Under the pieces are notes generated by a model. The model saw only the letters and a program-made list of their open reading frames with translations. It was not told the DNA's origin and did not search any database. Shown here piece after piece: positions 52,563 through 64,000 of a stretch of DNA of 64,000 bases (position 1 is the first letter of the stretch; every line of letters starts with the position of its first letter). The position numbers and the translations under genes are program-made. Source of the stretch: Octopus vulgaris (Eukaryota); assembly GCA_951406725.2 (NCBI GenBank), contig OX597815.1, positions 91,574,001 through 91,638,000 on the forward strand, given 5' to 3'.

Positions 52563-55426
52563 CAACACGAAAAAATATATTAGGAATGAAAGTGTGGGGA
52601 AAACAGCTCTTATTCTTATTGCCTTGGGAATGGAGTGTTGCTCAATTCTCAGCTATTCACTATGACAGCAATACGTTGAGCTGTCAATACAAGTTTTCAT
52701 AAAACTAAAGCAATCTGTTCATCTGCTCTAAATATAAAATGAGTGTATTTAGTATCAGATTTTTAAATATATGCAGAAGTGGCAGGTGTTATAATGCAGT
52801 AGTGTGTTCTTGGTGAACCAAGTCTGTGACACAGGTTCAATTCTTAATGGGGGCTACTTCACTGATACCCTCTAGCTTAGCTAAAGAAGTGGGGGAAAGT
52901 AAGACAGGCTGGAGGAGGGGACAGTCTACTCCAAGTGTCACTTTTTGGAAGAAAAGTTGATATATAGTATGATGAAGTGCTTTCTGGCTGGAGTGGTGGG
53001 CAGCACATGCTTAATGACCACCTCAAGCAGAACTATACCTAGATATATGACTGCATTTACTACAGTGCAAATGCCCTTGGGTTAGGAAACACATGAATGT
53101 CTTAACTTTAATTGTCCCCTCTGATAACTTCTGGACTGATAACTTCTTGATGAATGCTTCTAATCACAGAAAGACAAGTAATTATTTTGGCTTGTACAGT
53201 ATCCTTTTCACATATTGTTGGGCTTGTTGAGGATACCCAACTTTCCAGACAAGAAGCCACATCTTAGAGGGGTATTTTAGCTACCAAGGTAATTCAAAAG
53301 CACAGTTTAAAGCCATCGGGAATAAAAGCTACTTCTACACACACATACTTGCATATATATTATCATCGCTGTCATTGTTTACATCTGCTTTCCATGTTGG
53401 GTCATTTCTACTCTCTTACATGGATCAAGGGATCGCATCTCACTTGTAGGTGTATTTTTGGCTTGGTGTCTACTGCTGGATACCTTTCCTAATGCCAACC
53501 ACTTTACAGAATATAGTGGGTGCTTTTTTCACAGCACCAAGAGTGAAGGAGTTGATTATGTTTTTTAACTAAGGCCCCTCATGACACTACACTTAGAATA
53601 AACTGGAACTAGCACTAAAGGAGAATGGTAAGAGAGAAATGATTGGTGGTTAAACAGTGAGAGTGAATGATGGATGCCAGTACCAAATGGCTTGTGGGAA
53701 GTATAAGTTGAGTGTATGAGGGACATATGGGTCTTATGAGGTCCTTAATTTTATATCTCAAAATCGGGAGAAAGCTAGAGTTAAAAGGATGTGAATGGTG
53801 GAGTCTTAGTAAGAGGGCCAGTTATGTTGAGGGACATCCTTCGTTACACTGGAAGCAATCCACTGCTCTTCTTTATCAACAGCATAGCACTTTGAGATTG
53901 TGATGGTATGAGAGTGTTTGAGAGATGAGCAGCAGAAGCATGAGCATTAGAGGCATAAATAAAAAAAGGTAAGGGCATTAGAAGAACGGGTAACGGTGGT
54001 AGGGGTGACAACAAGAGAGTGATAAGAGAGATGTTTTACATAAATATATATATATATATATACACACACCACACACACACACATATGCTCACACTACACA
54101 CATATAGAATACATGCAGAATAAAGCTCTCTGAGATCAATGGAAAACTTCTACATCACATCAATAATGTTTTACTTTGGAGAATTTACACACTCATGCGT
54201 GCACACACACTCATACATACACACAGAAGCTTGCATTCATTTCAGAATAACCTTTTCTCATAATGAAATTTACTTCTCTGCCTGCAAAAACAATATCTAT
54301 CTTTACAGACACCATTTCCAGTCATGTTGTGCAGAAAAGCATTTCTTGTACTTTGTTGCAGTATTCTCTGTTTTTTTGTTTTTTTATTTTGTTTTGTTAT
54401 GGAGGGGGGATCTTTTTTGTTGGTTTTTTTTATATCCAGCTAATTCTTTACTTGTCTTTCATCATGTTACAGTATTACATTATATAGTATTAGTGAGCAT
54501 ATACAGTGGACACCTACCTTTTGTAGCATGTTCTCACTAAGTAAAGTCTGTTTGGTTTTGATTACTCATGTAACTTAGGTAATTAAAAAAACAAAAAAGT
54601 TGTCCTTGGAATAACAAAATAATCTACTACTGCTATTTTAACTTGGTTACTCTTAGACCCACCAATAAGTAATACTAAGAACAAATTGGGCTTTTCCAAA
54701 CCTTTTTGATTAATGAAATTCAATCATCTTCAAGTGTACTATGCTCATGTGTATGTATTTATTCTTGTGCCTCTGCAGACTTTGACTCAGTTTGAACTCA
54801 GAACTCTCAAAATGTAACCATCTTCAACATCAACATTTTATTGTTTGTGTTGTGTATGGTTTGAGTTGGACAAATCTGCAATACTACATCTTACATAGAT
54901 TTCAGGCCTGTGTCAGCTTTTCTGTGAGATTTTCATTCTCTAATAGAACTTCACTTAACTTTCCAAGTCTTCTTCTTTAATCTACCTCTGTCATTGTTAT
55001 CTTCCATTCTCAACTCTGGATACTTATTGTCACCTTGCACCTGTCATTAATTTACATTACCTGTCCAGTCTACTGCTGTTGTCTCCTGTGTATGCTGTTT
55101 GCTGATACATCTGAATTAGATAGTAAACACAACAGTTGAAGTTAATAGTTCAATAACTTACCTCAAAAAGATAAGACACCAAAAGATGAAGACAAGAAAA
55201 CTATGGCATTTTATTGCTACGTTTCTAATATATTTTATGTTAGTAATATAGACTGGCAGGAGTGTAACTGTCTTGTGGCATGACTTATGAAAATTGACAT
55301 GAAAAAGAAAACTCCGCACTTCATACAAAAACAACTGATTCTCCTTATTTCTCTTCTTGTATATTCCTTGACTTAAATAGCATTTCAAAGTGTTTGGAAT
55401 TATTGTCTTGGACACATTGTGATAAA

Positions 55427-55460
<34 letters not shown>

Positions 55461-56164
55461 GCTGTTGTGGTGGTGATGGCAATGGTGGCAGTGGTGGTTA
55501 TTGTTAATAGTTATTAATAAAAGGTCAGTGAATGGGAGTCGTTAGAGCATCAAACAAAGTGCGTTGCAATATTTAATTACTGTTCTGAGTTTAATTACAT
55601 TATAAGTTCAAATTCTATCTAGTTCATCTTTTCAGGGTCAATAAAAGAAAGTACCAGCCAAGCACTGGGATGGGGATAAATTTAATCAACTTATACTCCT
55701 CTTTCTATATTTGTGGCCTTGGTAATAATAATAATAATAATAATGATAACAATAATAATAATGGTTGGCGTTAGGAAGGGCATCCACCTTTTGAAACTCT
55801 GCCAAATCAAGATTGGAGCCTGGTGCAGCCATCTGGTTCGCCAGTCCTCAGTCAAATTCGTCCAACCCATGCTAGCATGGAAAGCGGACGTTAAACGATG
55901 ATGATGAATAATGATAATAATAGGGTGTTATCTTGGCAGAATCAATAAAGTAGTCAACAAAACACCTTACAGTATATAATTACAGGTCTTTACATTCTGA
56001 GTTGAAATCACACCAAGATCAACTTTGCCTTTTATCTATGAAGTAAAATAAACAGCTTGTCAAGTACCAAAGGGCCAATTTAATCAACTATACCTATTTA
56101 AAAATTTTGGGGCCTTGGGTAAATGCCAGAAATCACTATTTATTAGTAAAAGCTATCATTATTA

Positions 56165-56366
56165 ATTTTAAATTTTGGCATAGGGTCAACAAGTTGAAGG
56201 AAGCGGGTAAATCGATTATATCAATCCCAGTGCTCAACTGGTACTTATTTTATTGACCCCAAAAGGATGAATGAGACAAAGAGAGTTTTCTTTCATTAAA
56301 TTAAACATGGTAAATCCAATTCTTTCCCAGAGCTGTGTTACACCACAATCAATGACAGCAACAACA

Positions 56367-56431
<65 letters not shown>

Positions 56432-56650
56432 CATCATCATTATTAAGGTGGTGAGCTGCAGATTCATTAGCACACTGAGCTTAGCGGCATTTTGTCCGCC
56501 CTTATGTTCTGAGTGTAAATTCTGCCAAGGTCGACTTTGTCTTTCGTCCTTTTAGGGTCAATAAAATAAGTACCAGTCAAGCACTGGAGTTGATGTAATC
56601 AACTTGTTCCCTCCTCCGAAATTTCAGGCTTTGTGCCGATAGTAGAAAGA
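56165..56650. mobile_element. Two family B SINEs in opposite orientation around an (ATT)n tract
   Basis: 56165-56280 minus, 56445-56650 plus; further copies at 55925-56135, 60800-60975 and 62378-62580. Confidence 0.75.
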
Positions 56651-56673
56651 ATCATTATTATTATTATTATTAT

Positions 56674-56705
<32 letters not shown>

Positions 56706-57030
56706 CAAAATTGTTAAATATAGTAGATGTTGCCATTCTAATGGTCTCAAACAGTAAGCATCTTTATATCAAAATATTATTATAACTGATCCCTGGGAAA
56801 GATCGCTTTGCGGATTCCTGACACATAAGTACATCTCTCTAGTTGCATATATACATTTCATAATTATTATCATATAGCATTCCTCTCTCTGCACACCAAT
56901 GTCTTCTTACTTATTTTAATTGATGAACCCATGACATCACGCTCTTGCACAGCAAATTAGTGCTCTACATCATTCGTAGCTTATCAAATTGTCTTAATGC
57001 AGCCGTGGACGTGTTACTCAATTACTTTAG

Positions 57031-57054
57031 CTATCGACAGAAAGCAGAACAAAG
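57031..57054 (+). CDS. Candidate 24-nt microexon: LSTESRTK
   Basis: tactcaattactttag acceptor, AAG|gtggga donor, length 3n; lies in a CpG-retaining non-repetitive block. Confidence 0.35.
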
Positions 57055-57439
57055 GTGGGAAGATCAGGAGCAGCTAATGTCATAAAGTAAAATGCAGGAA
57101 AGCAAAGTAAGAGAAATTAAATTTAGATGATTTTTGTTTTTGCTGTTGTTGTTGTCGTTAGGCACGGTGGTGGTGGTGGTGGTGGTGGTGGAGCTGTTTT
57201 GTGTGCTGTTTTTCTTTGAGATGTTGCTTTTGTTGTTGATTTCTCGCGTTTTCTTCTGATCATTGGAATCAGAACTTCTAAAGGGCTTCTCTTACAATTG
57301 AAGGAAATTGAAATTAAGAAGAAAAAGGTGGGGGAAAAACAAAAATCAGCAAAATTCATTTTATTTATTTAGATATTTTGTTTTTGGTTTTTTTTGGTTT
57401 TTTTATTTTTAGTTTTGTTTTCCAAGTCTGTTTTTCTAG

Positions 57440-57453
57440 GTTTGATATAACAG
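57440..57453 (+). CDS. Candidate 14-nt exon GTTTGATATAACAG (V* in phase 0; FDIT in phase 2)
   Basis: Long pyrimidine tract ending gtctgtttttctag; CAG|gtacgt donor. Confidence 0.45.
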
Positions 57454-57846
57454 GTACGTGTTCTCACTCACCACTATCTTTCTCACTATTTATATATCTT
57501 TCTCTGCCTTTCTTTATAACTATATGTATATGTACATATGCGCATGTGTATGTATATATATATATACACATACTCACTCATACATTCATCCTCTCTCTAT
57601 CTATCTATCTATCTCTCTCTCTTTCTCAATATATCTCTCTCTCATGCTCTTACAGACTCATACCTACATTACTTCTACTCTAAACTTCCTTCACTCTCTT
57701 CTGTTCTCTAAACACTTCCTCACTTCCCTTGTCCATCTTTTAGATTTCCTGACATGAAATCTAGAGGATAGAGATTGGAGGCATCCAACATGCCATATCA
57801 CCACTCTCTATTCTGCATACAGACATACATCTCTCTCTCTCTCTCC

Positions 57847-57885
<39 letters not shown>

Positions 57886-58481
57886 AAATTGACAGATTTG
57901 TTTGAGACAAAAACCTCCTTCACTTCTTTAGATCCACAACCAATGATGGTTATTAAGTCTTTACTCAGCTTATTGTTTTTTCTCATTTAATTCCAGATCA
58001 GCTCTGATCAAGCTGACCTATCGTTAAAGGTGGTCCAGCTTTGAACCCCCCACCTCTGTTTTTTTAGTTTCATTTTATTTTGTTTCTTCCAGACATAATG
58101 TACCTGTAACCATATTTTCCAAATTGGCTTTCCATTTTTCTAAGACTGCTGGGTGGAATTTGAAAAGGATTTAGCTACTTTTTCTAGTATGTTGAGCAGC
58201 CACTTTGAGGAACCCGTATTGACTTATGATGTTACAGATGAAGGAAATCAGGATCCCACTGTCTTTGACATATACATGACTATAAGCTTTACAGACCTTA
58301 TCCCAACCTGTCACACAATTATTGAAGTTAACTATCCCTTTAGAACATCTGCTTTCAGCTCACACTTTAATAATGCAAACAGTAATGTCTGTAAATATGA
58401 ACCACTCTTACTGAAACCTAGAATTGTAGTGTCTGTCAGGTAGTTCTGTATTGTCTATCATACTGACAAGTCCTGCAGCAT

Positions 58482-58975
58482 TCATCGTCGTTTAACGTCC
58501 GTTCTCCATGCTAGCATGGGTTGGACGGTTCGACCGGGGTTCTGGGAAGCCAGAAGGCTGCACCAGGCTCCAGTCTAAATTTGGCAATGTTTCTACAGCT
58601 GGATGCCCTTCCTAACGCCAACCACTCCGTGAGTGTAGTGGGTGCTTTTTACGTGCCACCTGCACAGGTGCCAGGCGGGGCTGGCAACGGCCACGGTCAG
58701 ATTGGTGTATTTTATGTGCCACCGGCACGGAAGCCAGTCGAGGCGGTGCTGGCATCGGCCACGAGTCGGATAGTGCTTTTTACGTACCACCAGACCAGGG
58801 ATCCTGGCTGGTTCAATTTGATTTCGATTTCGCTTGCCCCAACATGTCTTCACAAGCAAAGGGGGTTGGCAAGGGTGCCTGTCGTACGGTCGCATTGGAG
58901 TATTTTACGTGCCACGGCCACGAGTCGGATAGTGCTTTTTACGTACCACCAGGCCAGGGATCCTGGCTGGTTCAT
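58482..58975 (-). mobile_element. Repeat family C, young, with modular internal repeats
   Basis: Repeated ttttacgtgccacc modules; ~60-bp direct duplication at about 58756-58814 and 58915-58973. Confidence 0.9.
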
Positions 58976-59687
58976 TTTCCTGACCAAGCATAGCAAAAAC
59001 AAAAATTCTGCTTAGTGAAAAGACAGGACTCTGCTGCCATACTTATTCAAAATGCAGAAAAAGACTAGGTAGGAATTTCATACAGTGTACCCAGTGGAAT
59101 CTACAAGTGCACAAGAAGACAGTGGGATCACAAACTAGCTGACTGAAGACTATATATAGCAAATGCGCAGGTGTAGTTAGCAGTCAAAGCACCTCTGAAG
59201 TAAATAAGAACAGGATGGGGAAAGTTTCAGGAGCTATTACCTCTTAATAACAAAAGGATTTTCACTCTTGAATGAATGTCATATTGTATGATGCTTATTT
59301 TCTGAGTGCGGTGTTGTATGGTTGTGAAATATGAGAAGTAGATGAGGATGTGCAAAACTGGAAAGAAATGAAGTGAGCATTTTCTGCTTGATGTGTAAAT
59401 GTTAATGTAACATGAATGGCAGAGCACAAATGGACTAAGAGAAAAACTAGGACAAAGAAGTATCATGGAATACCAAATTTCATGAAAAGGCTGACAAGTA
59501 AAATACTGTGATGGAGAAGACCCATCCAGTTCATGCAAGCATTGAAAACTGGATGTAAAATGAATGAGATGATGATGATGTATTATTTCAGTACTATAAA
59601 GAAGACAATTGCCATTTATTGACAATCCTGTTGCTCAGACTTCACATTCACAGAAAGAACACATCAACTTCTCAAACCATTTTAACT

Positions 59688-59734
<47 letters not shown>

Positions 59735-59750
59735 CATATATATATATATA

Positions 59751-59787
<37 letters not shown>

Positions 59788-61129
59788 TTGCATATATATA
59801 TATATAAAATTTGCCATGTAACGTGCACCAACCTAAGAAATCATCATTATCATTATATCATTATCATCATCATAATCATCATGAAATAGTATTACTTTTA
59901 TTGCACTACTGAGTGAAGCTCTGTGGACCCTAGGTGGGAGCAATGTTTTGCTTTGGTTGCATATTTTGTAATATACTGACAGTACTCTGTATCAGTGTTT
60001 CTCATAGCTGGCCTATGGCAATTAGAGGGGTTTTTTTATCTGTTTATTTTCGAAAGAGAGGAAGGGTACATGTTTTGTAGCTGTTTGCATTAGTTTTCCA
60101 TTAATCTTTACTAGGTATTTTTGTAGTTTTATGGTGGAAACCAAACATCCCTAGTGATAATAATTGTGTTGAGTGAAAAGCAGTGTGTGTTAATGCTAGA
60201 ACATGAACAAAACCTTGTTAGTGACAGATAGGTGCCAGGTATTTCATTCAAATGATATTAATGTGCACATTGGGTTATTCTGAACAGATTTCCAATATTT
60301 CAGCTCTTTATAAAGTTTCAAAATATGAGGTATTGCCACATTGAGATTATTTAATGCAAGAAGTTTCTGAAGTTTTATATTCTGCTACCAATCCAATGGG
60401 AATAGAACCTTAGCCTGAAATTGGCTCCGGTTTTGTGACATGTTATATTTTTTAATGACAAGATTAATTGCTAAAATATTCATGGTAACTTTTTCTAATA
60501 TGGCATTCGAATTTAAAGTATGGTAAAGATTTTTCTTTTCTTTTTTTTTTTTTTTACAGAATAAGAAAATAGTTTTTTCTTGGTTTAGGTTGTTACTTTT
60601 CTTTACTGTTATTTATTTATTGATATATTTATTTTTAGTTCTGTGTTTTGGAATAGAGATGTTTCATTCTGCAGTGTATACAATAATTCAACTTGCATTA
60701 TAACACAAAACTTTAGTTATATATTTAGTTATGTGATAGGTGAATTGGGAGAATCATTAAAGTGTCTGACAAAATGCTTTGTAATATTCGCTCCAGCCAA
60801 GGTGGTGAGCTGGAAGAATTGTTAGTACTCCAGGCAAAATGCTTAGCAGTATTTTGTCTGTCTTTCCCTTCTGAGTTCAAATTCCACCAAGGTTGACTTT
60901 GCCTTTCATCCTTTCAGGATCAATAAAATAAATACCATTTGAGCACTGGAGTCAATATAATCAACTTACCCCTGCTCCAATATTCATTCTAGTTTTTTAC
61001 ATACTAAGTTCAGATCCCACTGAGAGAAACAAATATAGCAACCTACTCACACCGAGGTGAGAAGTCACCACCTTGGTAAGATCAGGGCATCCATGACCCC
61101 AACGAACTTCTGTTCCTGGTATTGGAAAG

Positions 61130-61990
61130 TGGCCATCTGAAAATACTGGTGAGCAGTTTTGGCCTTGTCGAGCTGTGTCAGGTTCTATATTTTCTGTCCC
61201 TCAAATGCTGATTGACTACCAGTATAGTTTTTAGAAAAAGTCTATCATCCAAAGTCAATTAATGCTGCCTCCGATTTTCTTTTCTTCCAGTTTTAATTTT
61301 GAATCAAACATTCCACTTTAAAGTTGAGGTATTCTAAGAGGATAGGATTCTCTTTGTGTACTTTCTCTTCAGTTTAAACTCATTGTTTTCTTCTTTTTTT
61401 TTGTAGGATTGTCTTTTATTTTATGCTATTTCGACAGTTTATTACTCTTATACAGTTTTCATTTTCTCCCCATTGTCACAAAACAATGGTCAGTACTGCT
61501 TGTTATGGCCTCTGACCAATCTTGTTGCTGAAGAGGAGTCTCTTAGCTTCTTGGTACTTCATCTCTTTGACAGCCTTTCATGCCTATGACATTGATGGTG
61601 CAACAATTTCTTGTATTCTAGTTATCAGAAGAAATGAGGCCAGTAGTACAGGAGTTTTTCTCACTGCTCTTTCAAAGCCATATGGAACTGTCAAATCTTG
61701 TCTTTTTGAGAAGCAATGGTATGTCATGTTCCTTCTTGCTCTTTCCTCAGCGAAATCATGGTCAAGAAGGCACAATCTTTTGTAAGATAACTTTCCTGCA
61801 TATTTTTTTTTACTTTTCCTGTAGCCAACCTAAGTCCAGTGTGTCTCTTTCTCTATTTCATGACACTAGCAAAGCTGTGGCTGTTGTCTTACAATACTTA
61901 TTAAGGCTCTCACTACATTTTGCATTCAGCAAAGTATAAATGTCAGTATTTACAATTCTATATATTTGTTTACTTGTAATAACTTTTGTG
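61130..61990 (-). mobile_element. Possible highly degraded LINE remnant
   Basis: A-rich, coding-like minus strand with interrupted frames; no clean diagnostic motif. Confidence 0.25.
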
Positions 61991-62605
61991 TCACTTGTTT
62001 ATCTTTTTTTATTGTGTCACTTTTTATAAAATTTTTTTTTTAATTTTCAAAATCTTTTGGGGCCTATTCATTGATACCACATTTGTGGCTGACATGGCTT
62101 CCTGCTCTTATATAAGAAGCCTTGTTAAATCACAAGTAATCAAAGTTTATAAAAATTATGAAATATAAAATATATCCAAGGATAAACCTTATTCTTTCAC
62201 CCTGAGGTAATGAGGAGAACACTAAAATATTTCTAAAGTCCTTTGTTGCGAAAATGAGATAGAGAAAGTTTACTTGCATCAAATTAAACGTGGTAAATCC
62301 AGTTCTTTCCCAGAGCTATGTTATACTGCAAAGAACAATTATCATCATCATCATCATCATCATCAACATTATTATTATGGCAATAAGCTGGAAGAATCAT
62401 TACCATGCCAAACAAAATGCTTAGCAGCATTTCTTCCAACTTTACATTCTGAGTTCAAATGCCACGATGGTCAACTTTACCTTTCGTCCCCTTGGAGTCG
62501 ATATAAGGACAAATTGAGCACTGGATTCGATGTAAAGAACTTGCCCCCTACCCCAAAATGACTGGCCTTGTACCAAAATTTTTATTATTATTATTATTAT
62601 TATTG

Positions 62606-62990
62606 TTGCCTTTGCACAGCTTCTAACACTGGAGATGTACAATGGTGTCAGCTGTTCACTACCAGTGAATTAAGATAACACCTTATTTTTCGAGCACCTT
62701 CCAGAGTATTCGAGCAGTTCCAAGCTGTGCTGCTTTCTGCAAGTGCTCCACCCTTATTGCAGCCCCTATTTGTTCCACATACTTCTCGAGATTTTTGATC
62801 ACTGTTCCCAGGGCTCCGACAATTATTGGTACTCCTGCTACCTTTGTCATCGACCACAACTGCTTTACCTCCCAAGCTAACCTGTCATACCTATCCACTT
62901 TTCTTTCTTCCTTATCGCATACCTTGTTGTCAGCTGGGCATGCTATGTCTATGATCCAGCATAGTTTGTTTTCTTTCTCAATTAAGACTA
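62606..62990 (-). mobile_element. R4/Dong-clade non-LTR retrotransposon 3' end (restriction-like endonuclease domain)
   Basis: CWIIDIACPADNKVCDKEERKVDRYDRLAWEVKQLW...VPIIVGALGT...LQKAAQLGTARILWKVL; short 3' UTR, then (AAT)n. Confidence 0.9.
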
Positions 62991-63014
62991 TTATTATTTT
63001 TTTTATTATTGTTG

Positions 63015-63057
<43 letters not shown>

Positions 63058-63058
<1 letters not shown>

Positions 63059-63850
63059 GTGTGATGAAAACTCACAGCTTATTTTGGTGGGTATGATGGA
63101 AAGTGTCAGCTGTCCACAGCCAGCAGACTAAGATGACATCTGTTTACTGGTCATGCTTCAAGAACCCTGAAAAGAATTCTTGCAGTTCCAAGCAATGCTG
63201 ATTTTTGTAGGTGTTCTACCCTCACATTTGCCCCAGTCTTTTTCAGCCATGCTTGTAGTTAAGTGCTGATACTTCCAAGTGCACAAATTACTATTTATAT
63301 TACATCCACTCTCCTTATTGACCACAACCTTCATATTTCCCACTTCAAATTGTCATAGTTGTTTATTTTTTCTTCTTTCACTTTGATCCTGTTGTCACCA
63401 GGGCATGCTATGTCGATTATCATGCATGTTCTTTGTTTTTATTCACCACAACAATGTCCAGTTTCCAATCTCTGGTCAGGTGATCGCACCGGATCATTGC
63501 ATTCCACTTGCAATCCTCATTCTTGGTGACTCCTTCTGGGGTTTGCTCATACCATGTCTTTGCTCTTTGTAAGCCGTGATTTCCACAGAGCTCCCAATGG
63601 ATCATTCTTGCAACATTGTCATGGCATCTATTGTATCCGCATTGTGCTAATTTCAGGCATTCATTAACGATGTGCCATACTATTTCACCCTCTCACCACA
63701 CATTCTGCATTTGTTGCTGTAGATAGTGTTATCTATTCTGCATTTCACTTAGTTGATCCTTAATGCTTGTTTTTGAGCTGCACATATGAGTGCTTCTGTC
63801 TCTATCTTCAGGTCACTCCTCCTCATCCACAGCCACCGATCCTCTGTATC
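63058..63850 (-). mobile_element. Second, more degraded R4/Dong-clade fragment (CCHC knuckle plus RLE)
   Basis: Frameshifted CRMCGE...HIVNEC, HDNVARMIHWELC...WYEQTPEGV...DIVVV; same cagctgacac 3' UTR motif as the adjacent copy. Confidence 0.85.
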
Positions 63851-64000
63851 TGTACTGACATTCACATCTCTTGCAAACTGACTGTACATTTTCTTTTCTT
63901 TCTGTGCCTTTTCTTTTCTTTGTTCATTTCTTGTTTAAATTTTTCTCTCATTACTCAATTTTCAGTTTTAGTATTATTATTATTATTATTAAGGTAATGG

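Noticed and set aside
56977-56990. tagcttatca resembling miR-21
   Set aside because: Only 10 nt match, no hairpin, and miR-21 is a vertebrate family
58521-59015. 164-aa ORF (and similar ones at 33660 and 46662)
   Set aside because: Antisense reading of the GC-rich family C repeat
79-59821. Dozens of ORF-track entries rich in YI, CV, HT, LS or poly-I/L/Y
   Set aside because: Translations of (TA)n, (TG)n, (CT)n and (TTA)n microsatellites, which lack stops by construction

Overview
AT-rich, CpG-poor, microsatellite-saturated eukaryotic DNA. The SINE/LINE families look, from recall and not from a database search, like those of an Octopus (coleoid cephalopod) genome. There is no long ORF, and nearly all entries in the supplied ORF track are microsatellite or repeat artefacts. 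The window reads as large intron(s) filled with four or more SINE-like families, Tc1/mariner MITEs and LINE remnants (R4/Dong-type RLE, RTE, CR1-like and an RT fragment). Beyond this background I see four things. (1) A chain of small candidate + strand exons (117, 37 and 24 nt plus a stop exon) that would splice in frame into a Ser/Thr/Asn-rich tail ending in a class I PDZ-type motif (-RTKV*), with an alternative terminal exon. (2) An independent candidate minus-strand exon chain encoding a short Cys-rich, MG-starting peptide. (3) Three strong polypyrimidine-AG|GTAAG sites resembling recursive-splicing points. (4) Several long fold-back palindromes, some carrying mirror-image minimal hammerhead ribozyme remnants of the Penelope-like type, plus closely spaced inverted SINE pairs; all are potential dsRNA/ADAR substrates. 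Exon models are read by eye and unverified, no gene could be named, and repeat boundaries are approximate.
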